From contig OY776215.1 of NCBI GenBank assembly GCA_963675495.1, forward strand, positions 832,001-896,000: a DNA stretch of 64,000 bases, given 5' to 3'. Both the position numbers and the translations under genes were made by a program. The stretch comes from an uncultured Methanolobus sp. Its GTDB lineage: Archaea; Halobacteriota; Methanosarcinia; Methanosarcinales; Methanosarcinaceae. Positions 30,247-39,689 of the stretch are shown here, piece by piece (position 1 is the stretch's first letter; the number at the start of each line of letters is the position of its first letter). The notes below the pieces were generated by a model. It had not been told where the DNA came from and did not search any database. It was given only the letters and a program-made list of their open reading frames with translations.

Positions 30247-31419
30247 TTAGATAGTCATATTTCGCAAAGCCTCATTGACCTTTGCGTTAACCAAGTCATC
30301 TAAGTTTGCGTCAAGAATCTTGGATATTGCATCTTCTATTGGTTGTGATTTCTCTTCTATTTCAAGTGCAGTTTTTAGTGTTAACACTGAACCACAATTG
30401 TAGCAGAACATGTTGTTTGGAGTGTTAAGTGTCTTGCACCTGGGGCACTTGTGCACTTTTGACTTATTCTCTTCTTCTTCGATTTCAACACCGTTTGCCC
30501 TCAGTACAGCATCATCGACATCACGTCCGGATAAGTGAACATATACTGATGGAACATCTGAACCTTGTATCCATCCAAAATAGGCATTCATCTGTGCCTC
30601 TGTTAAGTGATTAGCCATAAATGTAGCTCGGCTATGCCTGAATAAGTGAGCGTGAATTCTTTTGTTTACACCTGCATTTTTGGCTATCTTTTTGAGCTGC
30701 TTAGTAATAGCGGCATAACCTATCATGGTAGAAGTGTTAGCTTTATTTCTATCAAAGTTCCACCATAATGGTGCATCTGGATTATCCCTTTCAGGATGCT
30801 GTTCAAGCCAAGACATTAAAAGGCGAACAGAATAAAAAAGAAGTACAGTACGATGTCCTGTCTTACCATCAACCCTTATTTTCATGCCTTCGTCAGCGTG
30901 CATTATATGTTTTATTTTTAAATTACCAATTTCACCAATCCGACAACCAGAATCCCATAAAATAGCTATAATAGCTTGATCCCTTATGCTGCGTGTTGAT
31001 TCAATCATTTTATTGACATCATCTTCTGTTAGCAACTCTTCGGGTAACTTGCGCCCCTTGCTCTTCTTTGTTGCCTTGAAGAATGCAATGATTTCAGGCT
31101 CTTTTCCACCATTCAACCATCGATAAAATTTCTTTAATGTTACTGCATAGTCGTGCCGCGTATCTTCACTTTCTGTTCTATCCCTAACGGCAATAAGCAC
31201 ATCTTCTATGTCAGTCTTTGTTGCTTCATCCAATGGCTTGTCATTCATCATAAGAGCAATTTGCTTCAAGGTGCTAACATATTTCATTTTCCTGAAATCC
31301 GTCATACCTTCAATATCACACTGTCTTACAAACTTCTTTATATGCTGAATATTGGAATCGGATATTTTCCCATCAAGCCCAGAAATCCTTTTTTTGAGAT
31401 TGTGATTGTAAAGTGCCAT
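30247..31419 (-). CDS. int: Tyrosine integrase with C-terminal zinc ribbon (SNJ2-like type, inferred)
   Basis: SGCRIGE, DGKTG, HLFRHSR, FGW...VYVHL catalytic set; CPRC...CYNC. Confidence 0.92.
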   Translation of the reverse strand: MALYNHNLKKRISGLDGKISDSNIQHIKKFVRQCDIEGMTDFRKMKYVSTLKQIALMMNDKPLDEATKTDIEDVLIAVRDRTESEDTRHDYAVTLKKFYRWLNGGKEPEIIAFFKATKKSKGRKLPEELLTEDDVNKMIESTRSIRDQAIIAILWDSGCRIGEIGNLKIKHIMHADEGMKIRVDGKTGHRTVLLFYSVRLLMSWLEQHPERDNPDAPLWWNFDRNKANTSTMIGYAAITKQLKKIAKNAGVNKRIHAHLFRHSRATFMANHLTEAQMNAYFGWIQGSDVPSVYVHLSGRDVDDAVLRANGVEIEEEENKSKVHKCPRCKTLNTPNNMFCYNCGSVLTLKTALEIEEKSQPIEDAISKILDANLDDLVNAKVNEALRNMTI

Positions 31420-31439
31420 AGTACATAATTGGATTAAGG

Positions 31440-31453
31440 GCTTATAACCTTTA
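31440..31453 (-). promoter_or_regulatory. TATA box of leaderless integrase transcript
   Basis: Minus strand AAAGGTTATAAG about 25 nt upstream of the ATG, inside the att boundary. Confidence 0.5.
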
Positions 31454-31459
31454 GGTAAA

Positions 31460-31476
31460 AATCCCTCCAGGGGCTT
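31460..31476 (+). repeat. Distal att site (displaced original tRNA-Thr 3' end)
   Basis: AATCCCTCCAGGGGCTT followed by a T-run; CCCTC pairs perfectly with the T-stem GAGGG. Confidence 0.9.
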
Positions 31477-31580
31477 ACTTCTTTTTCGGGTACAAAACTC
31501 TTTAATTCTGATCTTACAATATTTTCACCCATATATTGTAAAATATACATTATCAGGCAGAGCTCATCAGCCTCACGGTT

Positions 31581-31739
31581 TTAATCTTCAGATAAGATCC
31601 ACGTAGCTGCCTCAATAAGATCCATATCAGAACCATTAACTAAGAATTTGTCTTCAGAAACACGTTCAACGAGATAAGATCCAAAAAAGTGCTTCTCACC
31701 AAATGGAAGTTTGTTCAATTCGCTTATTACTTTATCCAT
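31581..31739 (-). CDS. Small hypothetical protein (52 aa), not in ORF track
   Basis: MDKVISELNKLPFGEKHFFGSYLVERVSEDKFLVNGSDMDLIEAATWILSED; TTATAAA about 24 nt upstream. Confidence 0.5.
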   Translation of the reverse strand: MDKVISELNKLPFGEKHFFGSYLVERVSEDKFLVNGSDMDLIEAATWILSED

Positions 31740-31984
31740 AAAAGTAATATGTATCAAACTTTATAACTATTCGTATGCCGCTTGTACGATAATTATCTTT
31801 TATTTCAACTGGGACAAACTATACAAAAAACAAGCCATAAATCATATTGCAGACCAAAACTAGTACACACGCTTTAATCATTTACCTAAGAAAAACTAGA
31901 AATAAAACCATGGGCGTCACGAAGCGGCACAACTTTCTGATTGAAGACCAATATAAACATAGCTCAAACAAACATCAATCAGAT

Positions 31985-32452
31985 TCATTCCACCTCTGCC
32001 ACGACCACGACATAATTCTTCCCGTATTTCTTTGCACATTTTGGACAGGTTGTGTACCACATGAACCATTTCTTTATTTCAAATCCCTGTTGCTCTGCGT
32101 ATTTTTCAAAATCACTGCACCACTTTTTGGTATCACTATATGGACCCTCATACACTTTGCTCAGGAATTTTCCGCTTAAAGTTGTGTTCTGGGCATCAGG
32201 GATATTTTTGTCAACGGCAAGATAAATGTCTATGTTCCATTTTGAAGTGTGATCGGAAAGGCAAAACCAATCAGGCACATTCGCACCTGCTTCCCGAACT
32301 TTCCTGTCAAGCCTTTTCATCACTTTGCCAAAGTTAATGGGCATATAGAAAAATGTGCGGACCCTGTCCTTTATAAATTTCTTGTCAGTCCATTCAATGA
32401 CCTTGCCATCCCACGGTTCAGGGTCGAATTTAGGGCAGCATTCTTCATCCAT
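31985..32452 (-). CDS. GyrI-like conserved protein with CxxC
   Basis: ECCPKFDP, SKVYEGPY, WYTTCPKCAKKYG; GGAGG RBS. Confidence 0.7.
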   Translation of the reverse strand: MDEECCPKFDPEPWDGKVIEWTDKKFIKDRVRTFFYMPINFGKVMKRLDRKVREAGANVPDWFCLSDHTSKWNIDIYLAVDKNIPDAQNTTLSGKFLSKVYEGPYSDTKKWCSDFEKYAEQQGFEIKKWFMWYTTCPKCAKKYGKNYVVVVAEVE

Positions 32453-32641
32453 TTAAGCACCTCCACCAGTTAATATGATTTATGAGGTATAAACATAAAA
32501 AGCATTTGAATCTGCTACTGCTATGGATTTATAGCTACAATTCCAGCGTCAATTCAGTCTATTCCTCACCGAATATTACTTCTGCCCCCTACCACACATC
32601 CATCACCATTTACAGATAGAAAGACATATACACAAATACCC

Positions 32642-33145
32642 ATGGAGACAGGTGAAATGAATATTCGAAAAATAAGAGAAGAGGATGTAGCTAAGATCGA
32701 GAGATTTATATCGTTGTGTAAGCCACTTGATCAGCATTCGACTTTTACGTATTGGGTGCTTGCCAGGTACTTTGATAACACATGTTTTGTTGTGGAAGAA
32801 AATAATGAGATCGTGGGATATGTATCAGGGGTAAAGAGCAGTTCAAGACCAGATGTATTCTATATATGGCAAATTGGAATTTCACCGGAGCATAGGAAAA
32901 AAGGACTTTCATCACAGCTTATTAAAACCGTGGTTGAAGCTGCTGTCAACTTAGGCAGCAGATCGATACAGGTCTCGATTGACCCGGAAAATAATTCAAG
33001 TCACGGTGCTTTTTTACGATTCGCAGAAGCTAATGGATTGCAAATGAATAAAATTGATGAACTTGAATTATTTGATCAGGCAAATGAGAAAAATATCTGT
33101 GAATATATATATGAGATTAAGGTCAGTGGTCTAATAGATTCATAA
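32642..33145 (+). CDS. GNAT acetyltransferase, EctA (diaminobutyrate acetyltransferase)-like
   Basis: PLDQHS..Y....F..TC, FYIWQIGISPEHRKKGL, I.PEN.SS...F. Confidence 0.7.
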   Translation: METGEMNIRKIREEDVAKIERFISLCKPLDQHSTFTYWVLARYFDNTCFVVEENNEIVGYVSGVKSSSRPDVFYIWQIGISPEHRKKGLSSQLIKTVVEAAVNLGSRSIQVSIDPENNSSHGAFLRFAEANGLQMNKIDELELFDQANEKNICEYIYEIKVSGLIDS

Positions 33146-33295
33146 GTTCTATTGTTGGGAAAATCTCAGTAGTTCAATGGCAACTAGTAACCATCCACCC
33201 TGAATGATTTACATTGCCTGAAACTACAATTTTTTCCACAGCTTACATAATTGAATTATATCTAAAGCACTTTGTTCATTTATCAGGATAAGGAA

Positions 33296-33808
33296 ATGAA
33301 TAACATGAACATACATATTACATTATTCCTAGCAATTTTATTATTGACAGCCACGGCTTTTTCAATGGGATGTACAGAAACGGTCGATGAAGAGAACGTA
33401 GAACAAACCATTGAAGAAGAAGGACTGGACAACGAAACTGAGGAAGATACTGTATCAGAGCAGAACAGCATCCAGGGAATGATTATCTTTGACGGGGAAG
33501 TGGAATCATTTTCAAACGCCACAACCTACCTTAAAGTAGAGGATGTCAGTCTTCAGGATGTTTCATCCATCGTAGTAGCAGAAGATATTATTACCAGCGT
33601 ATCCCTGAATGCAGACGATGTTCAACCAGTACAATATTTTATCAATTTCCCACAACTGGAAGAAAGAATGACATATTCACTATCGGTACATGTGGATGTA
33701 GATGGTGACGGAAACCTTTCAAATGGTGACTATTATAGCACCTGGCACAATCCGGTACCTACAGAAGCCGGAGCACATGAGCTTGATGTTCATGTAGAAA
33801 TGATCTGA
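33296..33808 (+). CDS. Lipoprotein with YbaY/YscW-like domain
   Basis: Lipobox SMGC, acidic linker, VEDVSLQD...YSLSVHVDVDGDG. Confidence 0.7.
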   Translation: MNNMNIHITLFLAILLLTATAFSMGCTETVDEENVEQTIEEEGLDNETEEDTVSEQNSIQGMIIFDGEVESFSNATTYLKVEDVSLQDVSSIVVAEDIITSVSLNADDVQPVQYFINFPQLEERMTYSLSVHVDVDGDGNLSNGDYYSTWHNPVPTEAGAHELDVHVEMI

Positions 33809-33923
33809 GAAGAAAAATATAGAAAAGAAAAGAACAGAAATATAAAAAGTATAAGGATTTAGAAAAAAAGATGCTGATTGCGAGATCGTATCAGTATCCT
33901 TTCATCCTGTTTTTATCGTTGTT

Positions 33924-34415
33924 TCAGTCGATCTTATCGAACTTGGATGCAGGTGCACCACAAATAGGACATTTGTCTTCTGGTTTACCTTCATGGGTGT
34001 GCCCACAGACACTGCACACGTAGTAATCGACCTCTTCATTGTCGCCGATTTCAGCCAGTGCTTTTTCATAAAGACTGGCATGGATCTTTTCTACTTTATT
34101 TGCGACTTCAAAACTCCAGAGAGCCCTGTTGTCACCCTCTGCCTTTGCCTCTTCGATAAACTTGGGATACATCTCCTCATATTCGTATGTCTCTCCGTTG
34201 ATGGCTTCCTTCAGGTTGTCCATTGTGGTTCCGATTCCACCCATACGCTGAAGATGATTAAGAGCATGAACCGTTTCAGCAGCTGCTGCAGCCCTGAAAA
34301 GTTTCGCTACCTGAGAATAACCTTCTTCATCTGCCTTTTTTGCAAAAGCAAGGTATGTCCTGTTTGCCATCGATTCGCCGGTAAACGCTGCTTTAAGATT
34401 GTCTTTTGAACTCAT
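33924..34415 (-). CDS. rbr: Rubrerythrin
   Basis: GESMA..Y, ETVHA, EKIH, CSVCG...CPICG. Confidence 0.93.
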   Translation of the reverse strand: MSSKDNLKAAFTGESMANRTYLAFAKKADEEGYSQVAKLFRAAAAAETVHALNHLQRMGGIGTTMDNLKEAINGETYEYEEMYPKFIEEAKAEGDNRALWSFEVANKVEKIHASLYEKALAEIGDNEEVDYYVCSVCGHTHEGKPEDKCPICGAPASKFDKID

Positions 34416-34593
34416 ACAATATCCCCGTTATTATTCGCACTTTGTTTAGGGACTTGTGAATATATCAGAGTAACGCCCGTTACATTTGAAAAAAAGTATT
34501 TAATATCATTCGCACAAAGCTATTAAATTCATTATCAGGAAAATATCTTAAAACTAAATAAGGACAAATTCGCTAAAAAAGTAGAGTGAAAGA

Positions 34594-35532
34594 TCACTCA
34601 AATATTTCCTCATTCTCCTCTGACCATGCAGGCTGATCTATAGCAAAGAACTCAAGATCAACCTCACCGGTGTTCTCAGTATGCTGCTTTGCGTTTGCAG
34701 GTATGAGAATCAACTGGCCTTCACTTAGCTCAAACGGTACATCTTCTATATAGAGCATACCTTCACCTGCAAGAACATAGTGTGTTTCAGGATTCTTCAT
34801 CAGATGAGGCTCAATGGAGCCACCCGGTTTAACTATCACATGCGCTATACTGTAATTCACACCCAGATCTCTATCAACCATTGCAGGATGGAGCGCATTG
34901 CCAAGGGACACATCTCCAAAGCGTATAAAATGCCCATCTTCCTCATCCCCAAGCTTGTTGGTGTAAACATAGTCATCTACGTAGAGACCAGAATGCACAA
35001 GGTATGTCTGGTTACCGATAGAAGTCCTCTTGACGAATGTGGACTTCTTGGAAGGGGCAGTCTCACCGGGTCTTGGCCAGTAGTAATTGACCCAGCCTTC
35101 TCCCTCTTCACTTAAAGCAGTGTCAATGAACATTCTGCCTAAAGGCTCACCATTATAATCTTCAAGATCGATAACACTCTCGCCCTCACCGCTTACTTTG
35201 GGAGGAAAGACAACACGTATTCCTTCAGTACTCCATACGGTGATATAGCAATCACGATGGAACCATTTACTATCCCCCTGCCTGAAATCATCAAATGCAA
35301 GCTCTCCTTTTTCATCTATCAGCTCAATAGCATCATTGACCAGGGATACCCTTCTCTCTTTCTGAGGCAATAGCTCAGTCGGCTCCTCTTTAATTATGTG
35401 ACCTATTGTTTGATCGACCTGTTCACTATGATCATCATCTATGGATGTGTCATTAGACTGGACACAGCCAGCAGCCACCACCAACAGTGCAGCTATTGAA
35501 AGAATAAAGAGTACCTTCTTAAAACCATTCAT
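34594..35532 (-). CDS. Lipoprotein with single Cache domain fused to a cupin domain
   Basis: Lipobox AAGC; DYNG..GEGWVNYYWPRPG..KSTFV..SGLY (Cache); PH...ETHYVLAGEG...IPANAKQH (cupin). Confidence 0.75.
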   Translation of the reverse strand: MNGFKKVLFILSIAALLVVAAGCVQSNDTSIDDDHSEQVDQTIGHIIKEEPTELLPQKERRVSLVNDAIELIDEKGELAFDDFRQGDSKWFHRDCYITVWSTEGIRVVFPPKVSGEGESVIDLEDYNGEPLGRMFIDTALSEEGEGWVNYYWPRPGETAPSKKSTFVKRTSIGNQTYLVHSGLYVDDYVYTNKLGDEEDGHFIRFGDVSLGNALHPAMVDRDLGVNYSIAHVIVKPGGSIEPHLMKNPETHYVLAGEGMLYIEDVPFELSEGQLILIPANAKQHTENTGEVDLEFFAIDQPAWSEENEEIFE

Positions 35533-35968
35533 AATATAACACCTGACAAATTAGATATAAACATGAAATTAATAATTTTAATTATAAATAACATGATATA
35601 CTAATAGTATAATGTTATATTTAACTTGCCAATTATTTAAAGGAGATGAGATAATTACATTCCAAATGTATTAATTGTACCTTTTTCATTTTTGCAAATA
35701 ACCTTTGTCTTCAAAGCAACTTAATTCATAGAGATGATTTTTCGCTTTCTTTCAAAGTATGCATTTCAATTGTATAAAGCAGAGGAACTGTACAGCAGCA
35801 AAAAAAGATAATAGAAATATTAAGAAGACATCTTATCAATTTTTTATATAAAATTATTAATGTAAATTTTTGTGTTTTGTATGGAACATTCTCACATGTA
35901 TAGAGAATAAATGTTTAAAAATAGTTATATGCTTTTGGCACATATTTAAATTTGGGAGAGGTAAAAAT

Positions 35969-36076
35969 ATGAACAACAAAGCCATAATTAACGCTCAAAA
36001 GGTTGGGATGGTAGTGTTCCTGTATATTGTTATGATTATAACTATGGCTGCTGTAGCAGGTCTTGTCAACATATGA
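35969..36076 (+). CDS. Small single-TM protein (35 aa)
   Basis: GAGGT RBS, MNNKAIINAQKVGMVVFLYIVMIITMAAVAGLVNI. Confidence 0.5.
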   Translation: MNNKAIINAQKVGMVVFLYIVMIITMAAVAGLVNI

Positions 36077-36364
36077 GAATGTACTAAACTATATCTGGTC
36101 CTGAATTTTCGGTTAACTGTCATTAGCTATGCGTACATAAACCGTGGAAAAAAAGGTTTATGAATATAAATTTTTGCCCAGATCATTGCTCTAATACCAT
36201 TTAGATATTAGATGATTGATTGATGCAATTATATTGCATATTTTATGATCATCATTCAAAGATATCTAAGGTATCTTTATATAGAATTAAAAAGAGAAGT
36301 TTCTTTAAAAACGGGGTTATAATCGGAAATATTCCGAAACAGAACAAACAAAAGGGGTTAAAAT

Positions 36365-37285
36365 ATGGCTACAATGCCGATAATGGATAGTGTATACACT
36401 ATGGTAGATCAGTTGATAGCTTTCCTTCCCACTTTGATAGCAGTCATAGTGCTGTTGATAGTTGGAATGATAGCTGGAAAGGCACTTGGAAAGATAGGAT
36501 CGAAGATACTTGATAAAATAGGACTCGATGACCTGATAGACAAGACATCTATCGGAAACATGATATCACGGACGCAGATCACAACAGTACAATTCTTTGA
36601 AGCTGCCATCCGTTGGTTCATCTACTTGATATTTGCAGTTATAATAATTGACCTGCTAAATATTCAGATAGTTGCAGATTTCATCACAATGATAATACTC
36701 TATATACCATTGATACTTTCTGCAATAGTAATACTTATAATCGGACTACTTGTAGTAGATTTCCTTGCAGACCTTGTAAAGAACGTGCTGGTTGCATCCG
36801 GACTTGACGAGCATATGTCAAAGACAAGTTTTGGAAGTGCAATGAGTTCAAGCAGTATGACAACCTCAGGGATCATATCTGGGATCGTAAGGGTATTTGG
36901 TTACCTTATATTTATCACAGCCGCCCTTAATATTCTTGAGCTGTACATGATAGCAGCAGTTATCGAATCAATTCTGAACTACCTGCCAAATCTGTTTGCA
37001 GGAGTGATAATACTACTGATAGGACTACTAGCTATCGATTTCTTTGCAGACTACATGGGAAGCATGCTTGAAAAAATGAATGTAGAGGGAAGTAATATAT
37101 GGATACCAGCCCTTCGCGGATTCCTTGCATTCGTTGTAATAATGCTTGCTCTTGATGCAATGCTCATAGACACAAGCATTTTCTACCTATTTGTTGGTCC
37201 ACTTGCCTGGGGGCTTGCTGTAGTTGTAGCCTTCAAGTGGGGAATCAAGGAAGCTCTGGTCGAGTATGCAAAGGCAAAGAAGTAA
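36365..37285 (+). CDS. CmpX / mechanosensitive-channel TM-helix repeat membrane protein
   Basis: Three repeated (F/Y)(L/I)P.L...I..L.(V/I)G units. Confidence 0.75.
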   Translation: MATMPIMDSVYTMVDQLIAFLPTLIAVIVLLIVGMIAGKALGKIGSKILDKIGLDDLIDKTSIGNMISRTQITTVQFFEAAIRWFIYLIFAVIIIDLLNIQIVADFITMIILYIPLILSAIVILIIGLLVVDFLADLVKNVLVASGLDEHMSKTSFGSAMSSSSMTTSGIISGIVRVFGYLIFITAALNILELYMIAAVIESILNYLPNLFAGVIILLIGLLAIDFFADYMGSMLEKMNVEGSNIWIPALRGFLAFVVIMLALDAMLIDTSIFYLFVGPLAWGLAVVVAFKWGIKEALVEYAKAKK

Positions 37286-37318
37286 ACAAATCGATCATTG
37301 AACAGATAATTCACTATT

Positions 37319-37345
37319 GCTGGCATTTCATGCCAGCCTTTTTTT
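37319..37345 (+). terminator. Hairpin plus T-run terminator
   Basis: GCTGGCAT-TTC-ATGCCAGC followed by T7. Confidence 0.6.
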
Positions 37346-37415
37346 ACCATTGTTCCTTCGATGAACAAAAATCTTTTATTGCTACGACTCAATCCTGAAC
37401 CTACAATTCTTAGCA

Positions 37416-38570
37416 ATGATGAGTACTATGTTATCCAGAAAAGTTGAAAACATTCCGCCTTTTTACGTTATGGAAGTGCTTGAAAGGGCACAACAGCTCG
37501 AAGAAGAGGGCAAAAGCATTATTCACCTTGAAATAGGAGAGCCTGATTTTCCCACTGCCCCGCACATCTGCGACTCAGCAAAAGCTGCAATGTGTTCAGG
37601 CAACACAAAATACACCCATAGTCAGGGACTTATAGACCTAAGGAAAGCCATCGCTACGAACTATAAGAACAAATTCAACGTAGATATCAGCCCTGAACAG
37701 ATAATAGTGACTTCAGGTACAAGTCCCGCCATGCTCCTGCTTTTCCTGGCGCTCATTGACCCGGAGGATGAGATAATCATGTCAAATCCTCATTACGCCT
37801 GTTATCCTAATTTTGTAACAACCGCAGGAGGAGTACCTGATTTCATTTATACCAATGAAGGAAATGGCTTCATGTTACAGCCGGATGAAGTTGCCGCACA
37901 CATCAATCCGAAAACAAAAGCGATACTTATCAATTCACCATCCAATCCAACAGGCCAGGTCCTGCCGGAATCAACATTTAGAGAACTTGCAAAAGTTGCC
38001 ACAAAAGTGCCAATAATATCTGACGAGATCTATCAGGGGCTTGTCTACGAAGGTGAAGACCATACTATATTAGAATATACTGACAATGCCTTCGTGCTTA
38101 ACGGTTTCTCAAAACTCTATGCAATGACAGGATGGAGACTTGGCTACCTTATAGCACCTAAACAATACATAAGAACACTGCAAAAGGTCCAGCAGAACCT
38201 CTTCATCTCAACCAATACCTTTGTCCAGTTTGCGGGGATTGCCGCCCTTGAAGGGCCCCAGGAACAGATAAAGGAAATGATCGAAACATACAACAAAAGG
38301 CGCCTTTACTTGATCAAAAGACTGAAAGAGATTGGTTTTGAAATTAAAACAGAACCAAAGGGTGCATATTACGTCCTTGCTGATGCCCGTAAATTCGGAA
38401 ATGACTCCTTAAAGCTTAGCAGAAAGATACTGGAAGACATCGGAGTTGCCGTTACACCAGGGATTGATTTCGGACAGGGAGCAGAGGGGCACCTGCGTTT
38501 CTCGTATGCAAACAGCCTTGAGAATATCAAAGAAGGTATGAGACGGTTAGAAGCATACCTTAAAAAGTAG
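37416..38570 (+). CDS. Class I/II PLP-dependent aminotransferase
   Basis: GEPDF, NSPSNPTG, SDEIY, SKLYAMTGWRLG. Confidence 0.92.
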   Translation: MMSTMLSRKVENIPPFYVMEVLERAQQLEEEGKSIIHLEIGEPDFPTAPHICDSAKAAMCSGNTKYTHSQGLIDLRKAIATNYKNKFNVDISPEQIIVTSGTSPAMLLLFLALIDPEDEIIMSNPHYACYPNFVTTAGGVPDFIYTNEGNGFMLQPDEVAAHINPKTKAILINSPSNPTGQVLPESTFRELAKVATKVPIISDEIYQGLVYEGEDHTILEYTDNAFVLNGFSKLYAMTGWRLGYLIAPKQYIRTLQKVQQNLFISTNTFVQFAGIAALEGPQEQIKEMIETYNKRRLYLIKRLKEIGFEIKTEPKGAYYVLADARKFGNDSLKLSRKILEDIGVAVTPGIDFGQGAEGHLRFSYANSLENIKEGMRRLEAYLKK

Positions 38571-38707
38571 ATTGAAGAGACTTTTCCAGAGCTCGGCACC
38601 TGCAAATTTAATCATACTGTGAGTGAAGAGTATAGACATACTTATATACAACCTACATCTCATTTTACTAACAAGAATAGGCATCCCAAAAAAAGGTAGT
38701 TTTTTAC

Positions 38708-39193
38708 ATGACAACTGAGAGAACCGAAGATTATCTGAAAGTGATCGAGAAGATAATTGAAAGAAAAGGCTATGCACAGGTTAAGGACGTATCAAGGGAG
38801 CTTGAACTTAGTTCACCCAGTGTCACAGGAATGTTCAAGAAGCTCACCAAGATGGGATATATCAATTACGAGAAATATGGCGGAGTCACCCTCACCCCTG
38901 AAGGAGAGAAAATTGCAAAATGTACCATGGAAAAACACAGTGTCATCAGGGATTTTTTACAAATTCTCGGCCTTAGTGAAGATATTGCAGACCATGATGC
39001 CTGCAAAATAGAGCATGTGCTCACTCCTGAAACCTTTGAGATCCTCACCAAGTTCGTCGAATTCATGACTATGAAGGAAGATGGACCGTACTGGCTTGAC
39101 CACTTCAGCCATTACCGTGAAACAGGCGAGTATATTAATTGTACCCCAGCTGCAAAGGATACCTGCCCGGTTCATGGAAAAAGAAAAGAATAG
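38708..39193 (+). CDS. DtxR/IdeR/MntR-family metal-dependent repressor
   Basis: EDYLK, PSVT.M, ACKIEH; upstream of feo genes. Confidence 0.92.
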   Translation: MTTERTEDYLKVIEKIIERKGYAQVKDVSRELELSSPSVTGMFKKLTKMGYINYEKYGGVTLTPEGEKIAKCTMEKHSVIRDFLQILGLSEDIADHDACKIEHVLTPETFEILTKFVEFMTMKEDGPYWLDHFSHYRETGEYINCTPAAKDTCPVHGKRKE

Positions 39194-39372
39194 ACCAGAA
39201 CCGAACTTGCGTATCTGCCATCTCGCATAAACTTTTTATTAGCCATTCAACAGGCATAATTGAAAGTACACATTATTTCCGTTCTTTGCATGCAGAAATA
39301 AATTAGGTAATGCGAAATTGCTAAATATAAAAAAATGGATTACTGCTATCATCAAAAAGGACAGGGAACAAT

Positions 39373-39615
39373 TTGCTCGATATCCAGGAGACAACACTTG
39401 ACACGCTTAAACCCGGAGAGAAAGCCAGGATTACAAAAGTACGGGTAAAAGGTCCTGCAAGAAGAAAACTCTTTGACATGGGGATGGTTGCAGGTACGGA
39501 AATTGAGCTTGTCAGGAATGCACCTCTTGGTGACCCGATGGATTACAGGATAAAGGGTTACCACTTATCGATCAGAAAAGAAGAAGCAAGACAGATATTT
39601 ATTAATAGACTTTGA
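39373..39615 (+). CDS. feoA: Ferrous iron transport protein A
   Basis: RRKLFDMGM..G, APLGDP, LSIRKEEA. Confidence 0.92.
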   Translation: MLDIQETTLDTLKPGEKARITKVRVKGPARRKLFDMGMVAGTEIELVRNAPLGDPMDYRIKGYHLSIRKEEARQIFINRL

Positions 39616-39689
39616 ACCGGGATCTCTTCCGATTATTTTAGAGACGACGGTACATATGTAGATCATAACTATTTTCAGAGGATCGCTCC

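Larger units (their letters stand above)
21624..31476. mobile_element. ~9.8 kb tRNA-Thr-integrated element (integrative plasmid or capsid-less provirus-like) carrying Lamassu
   Basis: att direct repeat, tyrosine integrase next to the distal att, putative Rep, all genes on the minus strand. Confidence 0.9.

Noticed and set aside
39296-39330. Possible DtxR operator upstream of feoA (TTAGGTAATGCGAAA)
   Set aside because: Only a half-site resemblance; no clear palindrome
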